NCBI GenBank assembly: GCA_010093815.1
Contig: ML996577.1
DNA: 64,000 nt
Strand: one strand, 5' to 3'
From: Pseudovirgaria hyperparasitica
Taxonomy: Eukaryota
Part shown: positions 11,731 through 22,924 of the stretch, piece by piece
Position numbering within the stretch: the stretch's first letter is position 1
How the letters are laid out: each line of letters opens with the position of its first letter
Program-made: the position numbers and the translations under genes
Notes under the pieces: generated by a model
The model's database searches: none
What the model was told of the DNA's origin: nothing
Seen by the model: only the letters and a program-made list of their open reading frames with translations

Positions 11731-13649
11731 ATGACAGAGTGAGGGAAGGAGGGCAGCGTGGATACGGAAGGGGAACTGTAGCTAGAAAGCTAGAGTTTGG
11801 AGAGTGAGACAGAGAATAGATCTAATGAATGGATACAGTCTGATATCTTTATTGCATAGTCAAGGTGCGTGTGTAGCTGAGTGCTTGGGATGAGTAAGAT
11901 GCGGGGCGGAGTAGGTAGCTATACCTCATATTATGACACGGCACAGTGGGTTCTTCATAGCATGAGATGGAAACCGACGAAATAACAGCGTAGGTGCTTT
12001 CAACTTAGTCGAACAAGAGCCTACTATACGTAGATAACATTAGCTGTTCCACATTGTCGAAGAAAATAAAAATAAGAGTTATACAAGCTTTACATCTATA
12101 AGCTCAATTTGCTCCTGGTAAATAAAGATATAGTTTCATACTGACTGCATCTCTGAACAGATCCTCTTTGACCCTGCTTCTGTTTCTAGGTTCAGTAGAC
12201 TCATATCATAAGAACTATATAAATCGTGGCAGAACTTGTACTTCTGCGGCGCTCCCAAGGTTTCTAGATGTAATCGCAGTACGATCGGTACCAGGAGGCC
12301 CTGGACGGCTAATGACCAGATTCAAGGGTGTTGACCCTTGCTGGTTGCCTCCGATTGCTACTCTAACGATAGCATTGCTCGTTTCTCGATTGTGCCTGTC
12401 ATCAATAGCTTGGTATACCAACATCAGCACCTACATGTCGCTCAGTCAAAGTACGAGTTGCGCAGTCGAAGTAGCACCAGACTATATGCAAGAGCTTGGA
12501 GCCTGTCATCACTGATCAGGAAGCTTACTGGGTACGTATCATCCAAGTTACCCCTTAACAGCCTCCAGACTCTCTATGTCTAGCTGTCCAAGCTTGAGAT
12601 TCGACATTGAAAGTCTGTAGTCAGGCGAATAGGTCCTGGTAGACGCGCTCGAAACACTTTGGTCATAAAATACGTTGCCAACTTATTCGAGGTATTGTTA
12701 TTGCGCCTATGTTAATAGTAGTTGGAAACAATAGGTCATTCCGCATGTCATTATTCTACCTCTCTATATTTAGCCTTTCATAACGACTTTGAAAATCTAG
12801 ACCTATATGAAAATGTAATAAATTTACTCCACTTAGAAATCACATCTAAAGCCGTAAATTCATGGATAATATTTTTGTAATATGTATACTATCGATGAAA
12901 CTTATAATACTAAATACTAGGATCAAGGGATACTAAAAGGACTATTATTGTTCTAATTAGAGTAACTTAAAATTATTAAAACACACAATGAAAGCTTGGA
13001 AAGTGATATCTATTTTTCTTCTTATCCCTTCTACATTCAGACTCTAGAGTATATAGTACTTTCTCTTAGTAACACTCTTATTCTATCACCATAAAATAAT
13101 CTTACTTTATAAAGTATGATTCCCACCTCATCCACTCCTCTGAAACAAACCCGCCAAGATTCAAACCGCGAAACCTTAAATCCGGCCTCCGTCCTCCGTC
13201 TCCACCTTTATCTTTGATCATTCTTAGCGCCGGCTCCAGATTCCGCGCGCACAACGCTAAATGCAACTCGCCCGGCCAAATCAGACCACGACTGGTTGTC
13301 ACAGAGGTGTTGTGGTAGCAGAGTACGTCATCCAACATTTAGTGCCGAACGCCTATCGCCTATTGACTTTCGTCTGGGTGAGCGCTATATGTGTGTTGTG
13401 TACAGATACATACTGTACATATATAAGGTGCGCCAGTGGTTGTTGGTTGTTGCGTTTCAAAGAGAGACGAATTGAGGCTACATCCAGCGAATTACCTACG
13501 TATTGTCGTCTACCTGTATATTGCAAAGCTCCGCGCGGAAATCACTGAAACAACCCCCTGCCAAACCCCAACAAGCAAGCACGCCCAAACGCAGAAACGC
13601 ACAAACACCCCAAACACAAACACAAACCGCACAAACGCCCCGCAACACA

Positions 13650-14525
13650 ATGCCGCCATCGCCGCCGCTAACAAACACATCCACAGCCTCCCTCCTCTCA
13701 GGCCACAAAATGCCCCTCCTCGGCTACGGCGTCTACAAGACACCCGCCCAGGACACCGCAGTCGCCGTCCACCACGCCCTCTCGCACTCCTACCGCCACA
13801 TCGACTGCGCCGTCGCCTACGCCAACGAAGCCGCGGCCGCCGAAGCGCTGCACAACAGCGGCATCCCGCGATCGCAGCTCTTCTTCACGTCCAAGATCCC
13901 CCCGGACAAGACGAGTTACGCGGGAGCGCGGCAGAGCGTTGCGGAGACGCTGGAGCGCACGGGGCTCGGGTATGTGGATTTGTACCTTGTGCATGCGCCG
14001 TATGGGGGGCGCGAGGGCCGGTTGGGGGCGTGGGCGGGGCTTGTGGAGGCGGTGCGGGCGGGGCAGGTGCGTAGTATTGGGGTGAGTAATTACGGGGTGC
14101 GGCATTTGGAGGAGTTGGAGGCGTATATGCGTGAGAGGGAGGCGGCGGAGGGCAGTGGTGCGGGCGGGGTGTTGAGTGTGAATCAGGTGGAGCTGCATCC
14201 CTGGCTGGGACGGCGGGAGATTGTGGAGTGGTGTCAGCGCAGAGGTGTTGTAGTGCAGGCATATGCGCCGCTGGTGCGGGCGACGAGGAACGAGGAGCCG
14301 GTGCTGGTGCGGCTAGCGGAGAGGTATGGAAAGACGCCCAGTCAGGTGCTGGTGCGATGGAGCTTGCAGAAGGGGTTTGTGCCGCTGCCAAAGAGTGTGA
14401 ATAAGGAGCGAATAGAGGAAAATGCGGGCGTGTTTGGGTGGGAGATTAGTGACGAGGACATGGAGACGTTGGAGCTCGATTGCTACGAGCCGTGTGCGTG
14501 GGATCCGACAGTCATCACGGACTAG
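13650..14525 (+). CDS. Aldo/keto reductase family protein
   Basis: Motifs MPLLGYGVY, YRHIDCAVAYANE, FFTSK, YVDLYLVHAP, SIGVSNY, VNQVELHPW, LVRWSLQKG and PLPKSV..RIEEN. First ATG at 13650. Confidence 0.95.
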   Translation: MPPSPPLTNTSTASLLSGHKMPLLGYGVYKTPAQDTAVAVHHALSHSYRHIDCAVAYANEAAAAEALHNSGIPRSQLFFTSKIPPDKTSYAGARQSVAETLERTGLGYVDLYLVHAPYGGREGRLGAWAGLVEAVRAGQVRSIGVSNYGVRHLEELEAYMREREAAEGSGAGGVLSVNQVELHPWLGRREIVEWCQRRGVVVQAYAPLVRATRNEEPVLVRLAERYGKTPSQVLVRWSLQKGFVPLPKSVNKERIEENAGVFGWEISDEDMETLELDCYEPCAWDPTVITD

Positions 14526-14678
14526 ACGGGTAGATGTGATGCCATGGATGAGAGTGATTGACGGAAGCGGTCGTGTTGAGAGTGTTTTGAGGTGTTGCTA
14601 TGTGGTGTGAGATATTGGACTAGATGATCGTGTCAGATCCAGACATTGTATATGTAACATGAACTCCTGATGTTCCTC

Positions 14679-15797
14679 CTATTTACCATCTCCTTCTCGC
14701 CACTCAGCGCCACTGCCAACTTCGGGTACTGGATCTTGCTGTTTCGTCGCTGGTTCGGCTTCACCGTCGCTCTCGTCCTCAAAAGCATCTGGGTCTGCGA
14801 GCGGCTGTCTCTCCGCATCTTTATGCACATCATGAACACCGTCATCCGCCGAGATCGAGATCCCTCTGGCACCCCAGCGTCCAGCGCGTCGCGGCCCGGT
14901 CTGTGCCTCCGGATCGGATTGGGCCTCTTCATCCTCATCAAAGTCTGCGCTCTTGCGATTGCCCACAAGCTTGCCAATCAGCCAACCCCTACTCAAATCT
15001 TCCGAGTCCACAACTCCCCCAGCACGTAGCTTCACCCTCTGTCTCGTCCAGTATACCCACGCAAAGTCGACGTAGAACGCGACCTGAATAATGCCGAAGA
15101 TCCAGGATACCGGGTTGACATCGCCTTCTTTTGCGTATCGCATGATCCAGTTCAAGATGTAGAGCGCGCGGTAAGAGCCGAGCGTGACGAGGTAGAAAGA
15201 GTCGATCACCGTGGGCACAGTCGTTTGACGCAGTAGAACGAGCTGCGGGAGTATGCAGAACGCTTCGAGCTCTTCGGAGAATGTCCAGAGGATCTAATGC
15301 TGGTCAGTGGGCTTTGGTTAGTCAACGGTGGCGTTGGGCGACATACCTCAAGGATACCGTGACCCTTTGCGAATTTACTGAATATCATGTAGATAAAAGG
15401 GGCTGTTACGGCGGAGCCGATGAAGGAGTATCCGCCGAGCTTCCACGCCTTCTCACGCTCACGCGTTCGAGCAAAGACGCGCATCATGAGGAAGACGATG
15501 TAGCAAGAGGTAGTGATGTATGCGATCTTGAGGACAAAATTCCACTTGGAGTGCCAGTCGGTCAGATGGGGTTTGAAGACATCGAGATAGCGGGTACCGA
15601 AGACAACGATGTAAAGGATTTGGGTGAGGAGCGAGACGCCTGTGGAGAGTGAGCATGATTGATGAGGGAAGCAGCAAATGCGACGAGAGAGAACAACCTT
15701 CGGCGCTGCGGTTGGAATGTATCGCCCATATCAGGATGAGCTTGGAGGTTGCGTGGGTGGCATCGCCCAGGATGCGAAAGACGTTGAACTCTGGCAT
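14679..15797 (-). CDS. ERD2: ER lumen protein-retaining (HDEL) receptor, 3 exons
   Basis: Motifs NVFRILGDATH, NRSAEGVSLLTQILY, TRYLD, WTFSEELEAFCILPQLVLLRQ and YLVTLGSYRALYILNWI. Confidence 0.93.
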
Positions 15798-17243
15798 GTT
15801 GGGGACTGGTTGGGATGCAAGTGAAGCAGGGGACTAGTGATCCATATGACGAAGAGGGGAGCCGGTGTATGGCGTAAGAAAGGATATAGGTTGTACAACA
15901 GAATTCGTCTCGCTACAGAAGTAGTAGACAGGAAGCAAAGGTATGTCGTTGTTCTGTACAGGACGGCTGGTGTTGCAGAGAACAAGCTTGAGATGAGGCT
16001 GAAGCTGAAGCTCACATGGCCAGGTGGTGCAAGATTGACACGTTCTGGACAGAGCCGCAGCCCAGCCACAGCCACACATATCCTTAGCCACAGTCTTGTC
16101 TATACAGTATGTTGGTACATGTTAGCCACATGCGCATTGGGTAGGTTGGGCCCCTATACCCATTGACACGGACGAAATGAAAATGTTGTCACTTGTCTTA
16201 GTACTTGTCTAGTACTATTAAAATCATAGTCCGAATCGTGACGGTGACAGCACTGTAAGTGACGCTCTTATATATCGATCACTCGTCTTTTACACCTCCA
16301 CCATACTCGCTTGTTATATACTAGTCAGTGATAGTTCGTTCCTTTGAGATGCATGATGCAGGTGTGGAGAACTGCATCAACATATATGTATATGTATGCA
16401 ATTATGCACTGCGAGAGTTGCGAATCGGGGACTTGGACCTGGCGTGTCGCACTCTCTCGTGCATGTCCGAGGGTATGGATGTCCATATCGCTTCTTCCAC
16501 AACCGAGCGTCAAGACTTCTCAAGTGATACCCATCAGGCAATACCGCATTATATGCCGCGACGGTCTAGGGCTCGTAGGGCTGGCATTGCGACTTGGAAG
16601 CCTGTCCTTTAGCATGTCCAAGGGGTCCAGCGAGTCCAGGGTCGATAGTCGAGGGTCCCAGGCTCGGGCGGGCTAAACGAAGTCTGGGGGGCCTCAACCG
16701 ACCGCGTGCCCCTCGTTTGTTGGGCGGCACCCGGCCTGTTTGACGGCGGTTTGACAGCTGGCAAAAGTTAATGATGCAATGGGGGCGCTCACTGGCCCCG
16801 TTAGTCCGCTCGAGGCTCGCTAAATTAGCTGGGTGGTGCCGCTACTGCTAGCTACCGCGGCGTACTTGCTCCCCTAGGTTTAGCTGGGGTGACTGCTGAC
16901 AGGTGCTCCTGTCTGCTACTGTCCACTACTGCGATAGACATGGCTGCACTGCTAAATGATGATTATATCATGCAACCACCTGCATGCTGATCAACAAGCT
17001 CTCTATTCGGCCGAAAGATACAGTATTAGGTTGTAACCCATCAGCAAGGACAAGGTCATCAATTAGCAACGGCCCAGGACAAGGGCAGCAAGCAGAAAGC
17101 AAAGCAGAAAGCATCTCTCCTCATGAGCGTTGCTTTTCATTGTCGACCGATGCCCTTCTTCCCGTCCTCGTTCGTCCACACACCTGCGTCGACGATATAG
17201 TACCTGGGTACCTGGAAAGTCGTAAGCCCGCACTGCACTGCTC

Positions 17244-18919
17244 ATGAACGACGATGTGAGTCTGCTGCTGTCGCGACAATATCTGCATATCTTCTGTTGT
17301 GGCTGCTGACAAGTCCCCTATTCCAGAGTGATCGGGACTCGGCGCTTGGTGAGCAGCATTCGCCGTACGTTGCTTGCCCTGCATCCAGCTTCATTTCATC
17401 TTCAAGAGCTTCATCTTCCTCTCACTTCCTCTCCCTCATAAACCTTGCCATGTAACACTGATCTACATCGTGTAGCACCACTACTTCCATTACTTCCAGC
17501 GCATATGCCTACAGATACGAACTAGGTACGCCCTTTCACCGCATCGCCAAGCCTGACACAGCAATCTTATTCTCTTTTAGGCCGTCGCTATCATGCTTTT
17601 GAAGCCGAGAGTGCGTATCTGACTCGTCTCAATCGGTGCTCCTTCACAACTGACCCTTGTCTAGACTATATGCTACCTAATGACGACGTGCGTCCCTCCG
17701 ATCCCTTGTGCCGCTTTCAGATCCGGACACTAACCCACATGGCCCTGGCAAGAATGAGGCAGAGCGTTTAGGTTCGTGCTACCATTCCAAGAACTACTTG
17801 CCTCACGCTTATCATAAAGCAGATCTACAACACCATGCATTTCGCCTGACGCTCGGTGGTGCTCTGTACCTATCGCCAATCCCCGATGACGTTCAGAGCG
17901 TGCTCGATGTGGGATGCGGCACAGGCATATGGGCCATCGACTTTGCCGATGAACACCCCTCGGCCAGTGTCGTGGGAATAGACTTGAGGTGAGATCCTTG
18001 GCTTTGCTGCATCCGTTTTGAAGCTAAACGCTGCAGTCCAATACAACCAAACGAGTATTTACACCCATCCCTAACCACCCCCCTGTCTCGCTCACTTGAC
18101 CTAGAGTACCGCCAAACTGTTCCTTCGTCATTGATGACGCCGAAAAGGAATGGCTATACAACGATCAATACGATTTTGTGCATGAGAGGATGCTTTGCTT
18201 TGGCATCAGAGACTGGTCTCGCATCTTCCAACAGACTTTCCTGTCATTCTTCCCCCCTTTTTTTCAATGCAGACTCCTACTGACAACCAAGAAGACATCT
18301 GAAACCTGGTGGCTGGATAGAATGTCAAGAAGCATGTTTCCCACCAAGATGCGTTTCAAATCCATTACTCACACCTGAGGACTCGCCATACTTAGATTGG
18401 AGCAATAGGCTAATCCGTGCGGCCTCGCTTATCGGAGTCGACTTGACTGCACCAAGATCATTCTCAGATCACCTGCAAAACTGTGGCTTCGTCGATATCC
18501 GTGCGCATCAGTACAAGTGGCCTATAGGGCCTTGGCCGAAAGACAAGGAGGCCAGGAAGCTGGGTTGCTACGTCAAGGAGAACATGTTTGATTTCTTGCA
18601 GGCCGCGTCCCTGGCACTGTTCACGAAAGTCCTGAAAATGTCAAGATCAGAAATCGAAGTGCTGCTGTCCGAAGTCAGGAAAGATATCAATGGTAAAGAA
18701 CGGTTTGTGCTATCAATGTAAGTGACTGAGTGTGAGTACAATCAGCCACCGCTAACTCAGTATCGAAGTGGTGTTTGGTGTGCCCGGAAACCACTGGTGG
18801 GTGAACACGGCAACAACAACCATGCCCTCTTCAGCTGGTTGCCAACACCTGGAGCTTTGGCAGTGACACCGGAGCCCGATGACAACCTCTCCGAACAGCA
18901 ACATCTCGACCAAGAATGA
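17244..18919 (+). CDS. LaeA-like SAM-dependent methyltransferase (Methyltransf_23 type), about 11 exons
   Basis: Spliced product: MNDDSDRDSALG...TTTSITSSAYAYRYELGRRYHAF...YMLPNDDNEAERLDLQHH...[40 protein letters not shown].IDDAE...LKPGGWIE...KWPIGPWPKD. Confidence 0.88.
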
Positions 18920-19289
18920 TGGTGCTGACATACGCATTCCTTTGTGCGCGCTGGCCGGCATACAAGGGATGCATACAAGCCATTACTTCACATGGCTTTT
19001 CAACACGGCAGCGCACGTCTACCTGTACATGCTTACGACCAGTACTCAGATGTAATGATACCCGTCGCAAAAGCCTTCTGCGACAATCAACATTAACGCT
19101 TTTCTGTCCTATCTATTTCCAAATCCTCGCTTTTAGTGTGGGCGTATGTAATTATGTGTGTGTGTGTAATTAGGGTTGACGTTGTGCATTGTAGGAGTAG
19201 ACGAGATGGACAAATCGTGAGCTCTGATTGGTGTGGCGCTTCATGCTGGCGCTTATGAGCAGGAACACCCCGGCGACATGACGTCTAAA

Positions 19290-19301
19290 GCCGGAGCCGG
19301 C
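19290..19301. promoter_or_regulatory. Leu3-type everted CCG-N4-CGG Zn2Cys6 binding site (GCCGGAGCCGGC)
   Basis: Exact match to GCCGGNNCCGGC, about 225 bp upstream of the hydrolase ATG and about 90 bp upstream of TATATAAG (~19390). Further CCGG motifs lie nearby. Confidence 0.5.
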
Positions 19302-19524
19302 TCAAATAGATCAATCTACCCGGACGTCAACCCTGTATCTATGGCTGTCTCCGGCTATGTGTATAAAAACACTAGCCAAAGCATGTCTTTATATAAGAAA
19401 GCCAGTAGAGTGCAAAACCACTCACGCACACCCGCCAGATCCCTACAGATCGTCAGCCAATATCACCCACGCCCACCGCACTGTAGTAGCAGCAAAAGCA
19501 GCACAAAGCGGGTCAAAGTAAACA

Positions 19525-20439
19525 ATGTCCTCCGACTCGCCCCTTCCAAAAGCATGCTGCGCGCTCGCACCCGTGACGCCCGGAGCGTACACTCCAAAGG
19601 GCACGTACGAAGACATGGCCGGCATGAAGACATACACAACCGGCCCGCGTGACGCAAGTTTGGCTGTTGTATTCGTCTACGACGCGTTTGGCTTTACGAG
19701 TCAGACGCTGCAGGGCGCTGTATGTGTTTTCTTTTCCTACACTGGTCCTTTCTCATTCTTCATCTTGATCTTCATTGTCGTATTTTTGTTTTTTTTCTCA
19801 CTTTTGAGGGACTGTGACGAACGAATGAACGACTTAACTCATTCACTCAAACAGGATCTCATCGCTGCAGCACTCCCTGCACGCGTCTTCATGCCGGACC
19901 TACTCGACGGCGGCATGGACCGTGCGCTCTTCCCCGCTGACACGCCTGCGAAGCAGAAGCTTGTCGGTGACATGTTTGGTCCCACGGGCAAAGGCGACCT
20001 CACACGGTGCGCGTCACACGTGGCCAGCATGCCAGCGCAAATCCGGGCCTCGGAGCCGGATATCGCGAGCATTGTGGCGCTAGGGCTATGCTGGGGTGGC
20101 AAGGTGGTTGTGCTAGCGAGCAATAATGATAGCACGAGGAGTGGTACGGCAGGTGGGTTTGTGGCGAGTGCGCAGGCGCATCCGAGTCGGTTGGCGGAGG
20201 GGGATGCGCGTGGGTTACGGATGCCGCATTTGGTGATGGCGAGTCGGGATGAGGATGCGGTGGATGTGAGGGCGTTTGAGGCGGTGGATAGGCCGGCTGG
20301 GAGTGTGGTGTGTACGTATCCGGATATGAGGCATGGCTGGATGGGGTCGCGCGCAGAGTTGGATTCGGAGGAGGGGAGGGATGGGTTTAGGAGGGGCTAT
20401 GAGCAGTTTGTGGGGTGGGTGAAGGAGGTTGTTGGATGA
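19525..20439 (+). CDS. Dienelactone hydrolase family protein (alpha/beta hydrolase); intron 19720..19854
   Basis: Motifs ACC..P....YTPKG.Y, VYDAFGF, nucleophile GLCWGG, AHPS and HGWMGSR. Confidence 0.9.
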   Translation: MSSDSPLPKACCALAPVTPGAYTPKGTYEDMAGMKTYTTGPRDASLAVVFVYDAFGFTSQTLQGAVCVFFSYTGPFSFFILIFIVVFLFFFSLLRDCDERMNDLTHSLKQDLIAAALPARVFMPDLLDGGMDRALFPADTPAKQKLVGDMFGPTGKGDLTRCASHVASMPAQIRASEPDIASIVALGLCWGGKVVVLASNNDSTRSGTAGGFVASAQAHPSRLAEGDARGLRMPHLVMASRDEDAVDVRAFEAVDRPAGSVVCTYPDMRHGWMGSRAELDSEEGRDGFRRGYEQFVGWVKEVVG

Positions 20440-20519
20440 GTACCTTCTGTATGGAGCATGCGAGTGGTGTGTTGACGGATACGTAGGTAGTTTCTTGGTA
20501 TGCAGAAGTAGGTAATAGC

Positions 20520-22924
20520 TCAGCCTGCTGTGTTCATGTTATATCCGTTCAGAGCGGGAGTTGCAGGCCAGGCGCCGTATGAGTTGTCCATAGACGATAC
20601 TCCTGCACTGGGGTTGTCGAGGTTGAAACCAAACTCCGCTAGTAGTTGGTCGTCCATGAAGTAGTATGGTTGCATCCAGTCGAAAGTGGTCAAAGCTGGA
20701 TTAGCTTCGAGTAGAGTGGAGCCCGTATCGGCGGTAGGTATTGCGTTGCCAGATGTGCATTGAACTGTATATTGTCAATGACTAACCTACACAGCCAGCA
20801 GTCATTTGTGAACTTACTCGGTGCATTCTTCTTACATTCGTCTTCATTAGTGAGTGGATACGCCCCAGCCTGACCGCCAAACTCCTCTCTCCACCACCAC
20901 AGCGTGTCAGCGATCGGACTCATGATCAGTCGACTTCTGATACGCAGAGCGGAGAACTCAGACCCGTCTGGCTTCTTAAACGCCTTATCGCTACTCCAGA
21001 GTTGTGTGACAACGGGAATGAGCTTTGTCTGGGCGTCCTTGTTCCCGTGAGAGAGCAGCTTGGCCATGTCGAGGCTGAAGAATAGCTTCTGTCTGGCGAC
21101 GTCAACATCCAAGTACCTTGCAAACCAACTTTTCAGTAATCGCAAAATTGACGTTGCAGCCAATAGGATCCCAAAGGTGAGATGTCGAGGTGCATATGCC
21201 AACGTTCCGGGGTTGTTCTTGTCCATGCCGTTGATCAGCTCAATGACCTGGCAAGCACTGTTGTAGATACGCGTGAACGCCGGTGCTTCCTTGACGTTGG
21301 GCTCTTTGTAGAAATGAAATACGAGAATTGTGAGTCGAGAGATGGCCCAATTCACTCGAGTCAATTCCGTGGGTGCTTGGTGCTCGACGTCGTGTAGCTG
21401 GCCCTCGAAAACTCGGAGCAGGATATCTAGTGTGAGCTCTCTTTCGGGTGGTAGCTTTCGCAATCCATTTTCAAGGAGAGCGTCACAACATCTCGCCTCA
21501 ATTCGATGGAGTGTCAGCCCGTAGTTTAGACTTGGAGACAGTCTCGCTGTTAGATGGGAGACCTGCTCAGGGTCGTGACTTTTGTCTAGAATGGTCATGG
21601 GATTTTGACCTACAAAGGCTGCACATCTACGTTGAATTAGTGGTTGATGCCCTGACTATGCACAGTAGAATGCCCGTACCGATGATACACAATGACCACA
21701 CGAGCCCAGATCCCACAACGGTCATCCACTTCGGCTTCAGTGAGCCTAAGCTTGACCCTCGAAAAGTCTTGAGACGAAGCTGGAATATGCAGCCCAATCT
21801 GCATTGCAATATGAAGCAATGCTCCCGCCATAGGATACGCTACGTCTGAATCATACACGCCCTTCGGAAAAGGCCAAGTCAGGAGGAGCAGTAAGGCTTT
21901 GACGGTCTGTATTGTCGGCTGCTTCTGCAGCGTTGTCAAAGCGAGACTGACAACTTTTGGTGCCAGGGAGTAGAGCAGAGAAAGATCTTTCGTATATGTC
22001 CTGCATGCAGTGCCGATGACTGCCCAAAAAAGCAGAGGTGACTCCATGAAGTAGGCATTCGGCGGTACGGATGGATCGAGAATTTTCAGAAATCGATGAT
22101 AATGGTCAAAATACCTGTACAACTGGTCAACATAGCCAGGTTGTCGTTTTATCACTTGACTCACATCATGAATATTTCGTCAAGTGTATTGCCCGAAACT
22201 TTGGTTCCATCGAGAGTCTGATCGTACGTACCTCTGGCTAATTGATCCGGTGTGTGCACCGGAGTATGTATCGGGTACCTGTTGGTATGCAAAGGTCCGC
22301 TGTTGTAGTCTAGTGAAACCTGGTTTGCCACAGGAGGTTGGAATGTCGGAGGTCCCAACGGAGATGCACTCGCTCCACTACTGAAAGTCTGTGTGCGTGG
22401 ACTCGTAAGTTCTGCAGAGCCCCTTGTATTGCCAAGCTGTTGTTTCAGTGCCTCGGTCTCTTTCTCTAGCTCCGAAAGGCGTCTGTTTGATGTGAATAAA
22501 CGATGCTAAACAATCAAAAGGTATCATAAGATTGCGTTAAGCGTTCTCGAGCAGAGTCGAGCCGTGTATAGATATGTGTAAAATGTGAAGATGCAGGCAA
22601 ACTGATTAACATGTGACGTACTTTCGCTTGTGCTCTCTTTTGAAAGGATCGCTAATCACGCATTGTATCTTCATTTTCCCACACCGCGTGCATGGCCCAT
22701 CCTGGTTGAGGTATGCATCACATTTTGCCTAAGCGTCGTCAGTATACTACGAACTTGCATAATGTCATCCGTCTGCTGATTACTAGTCAGCAAGAATCTC
22801 ACCTTCTGCTGCCGGCACTCGGTGCATGCTTTGCGTGCTCGTTTCATCAGTCTTTGTCGATTAGCACGATACGCGTTAAACTTGGTATTGTGCGATACCT
22901 TTGGTGCCCTGTCGACTCAGTCAT
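20520..22924 (-). CDS. Zn(II)2Cys6 transcription factor with fungal TF middle domain, Leu3/Sef1-like, multi-exon
   Basis: Spliced N-terminus MTESTGHQRLMKRARKACTECRQQK|AKCDAYLNQDGPCTRCGKMKIQCVISDPFKREHKRK; also SPLLFWAVIG, LHIAMQIGLH and LRIRSRLIMSPIADTLWWWREEF. TGA at 20520. Confidence 0.88.
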
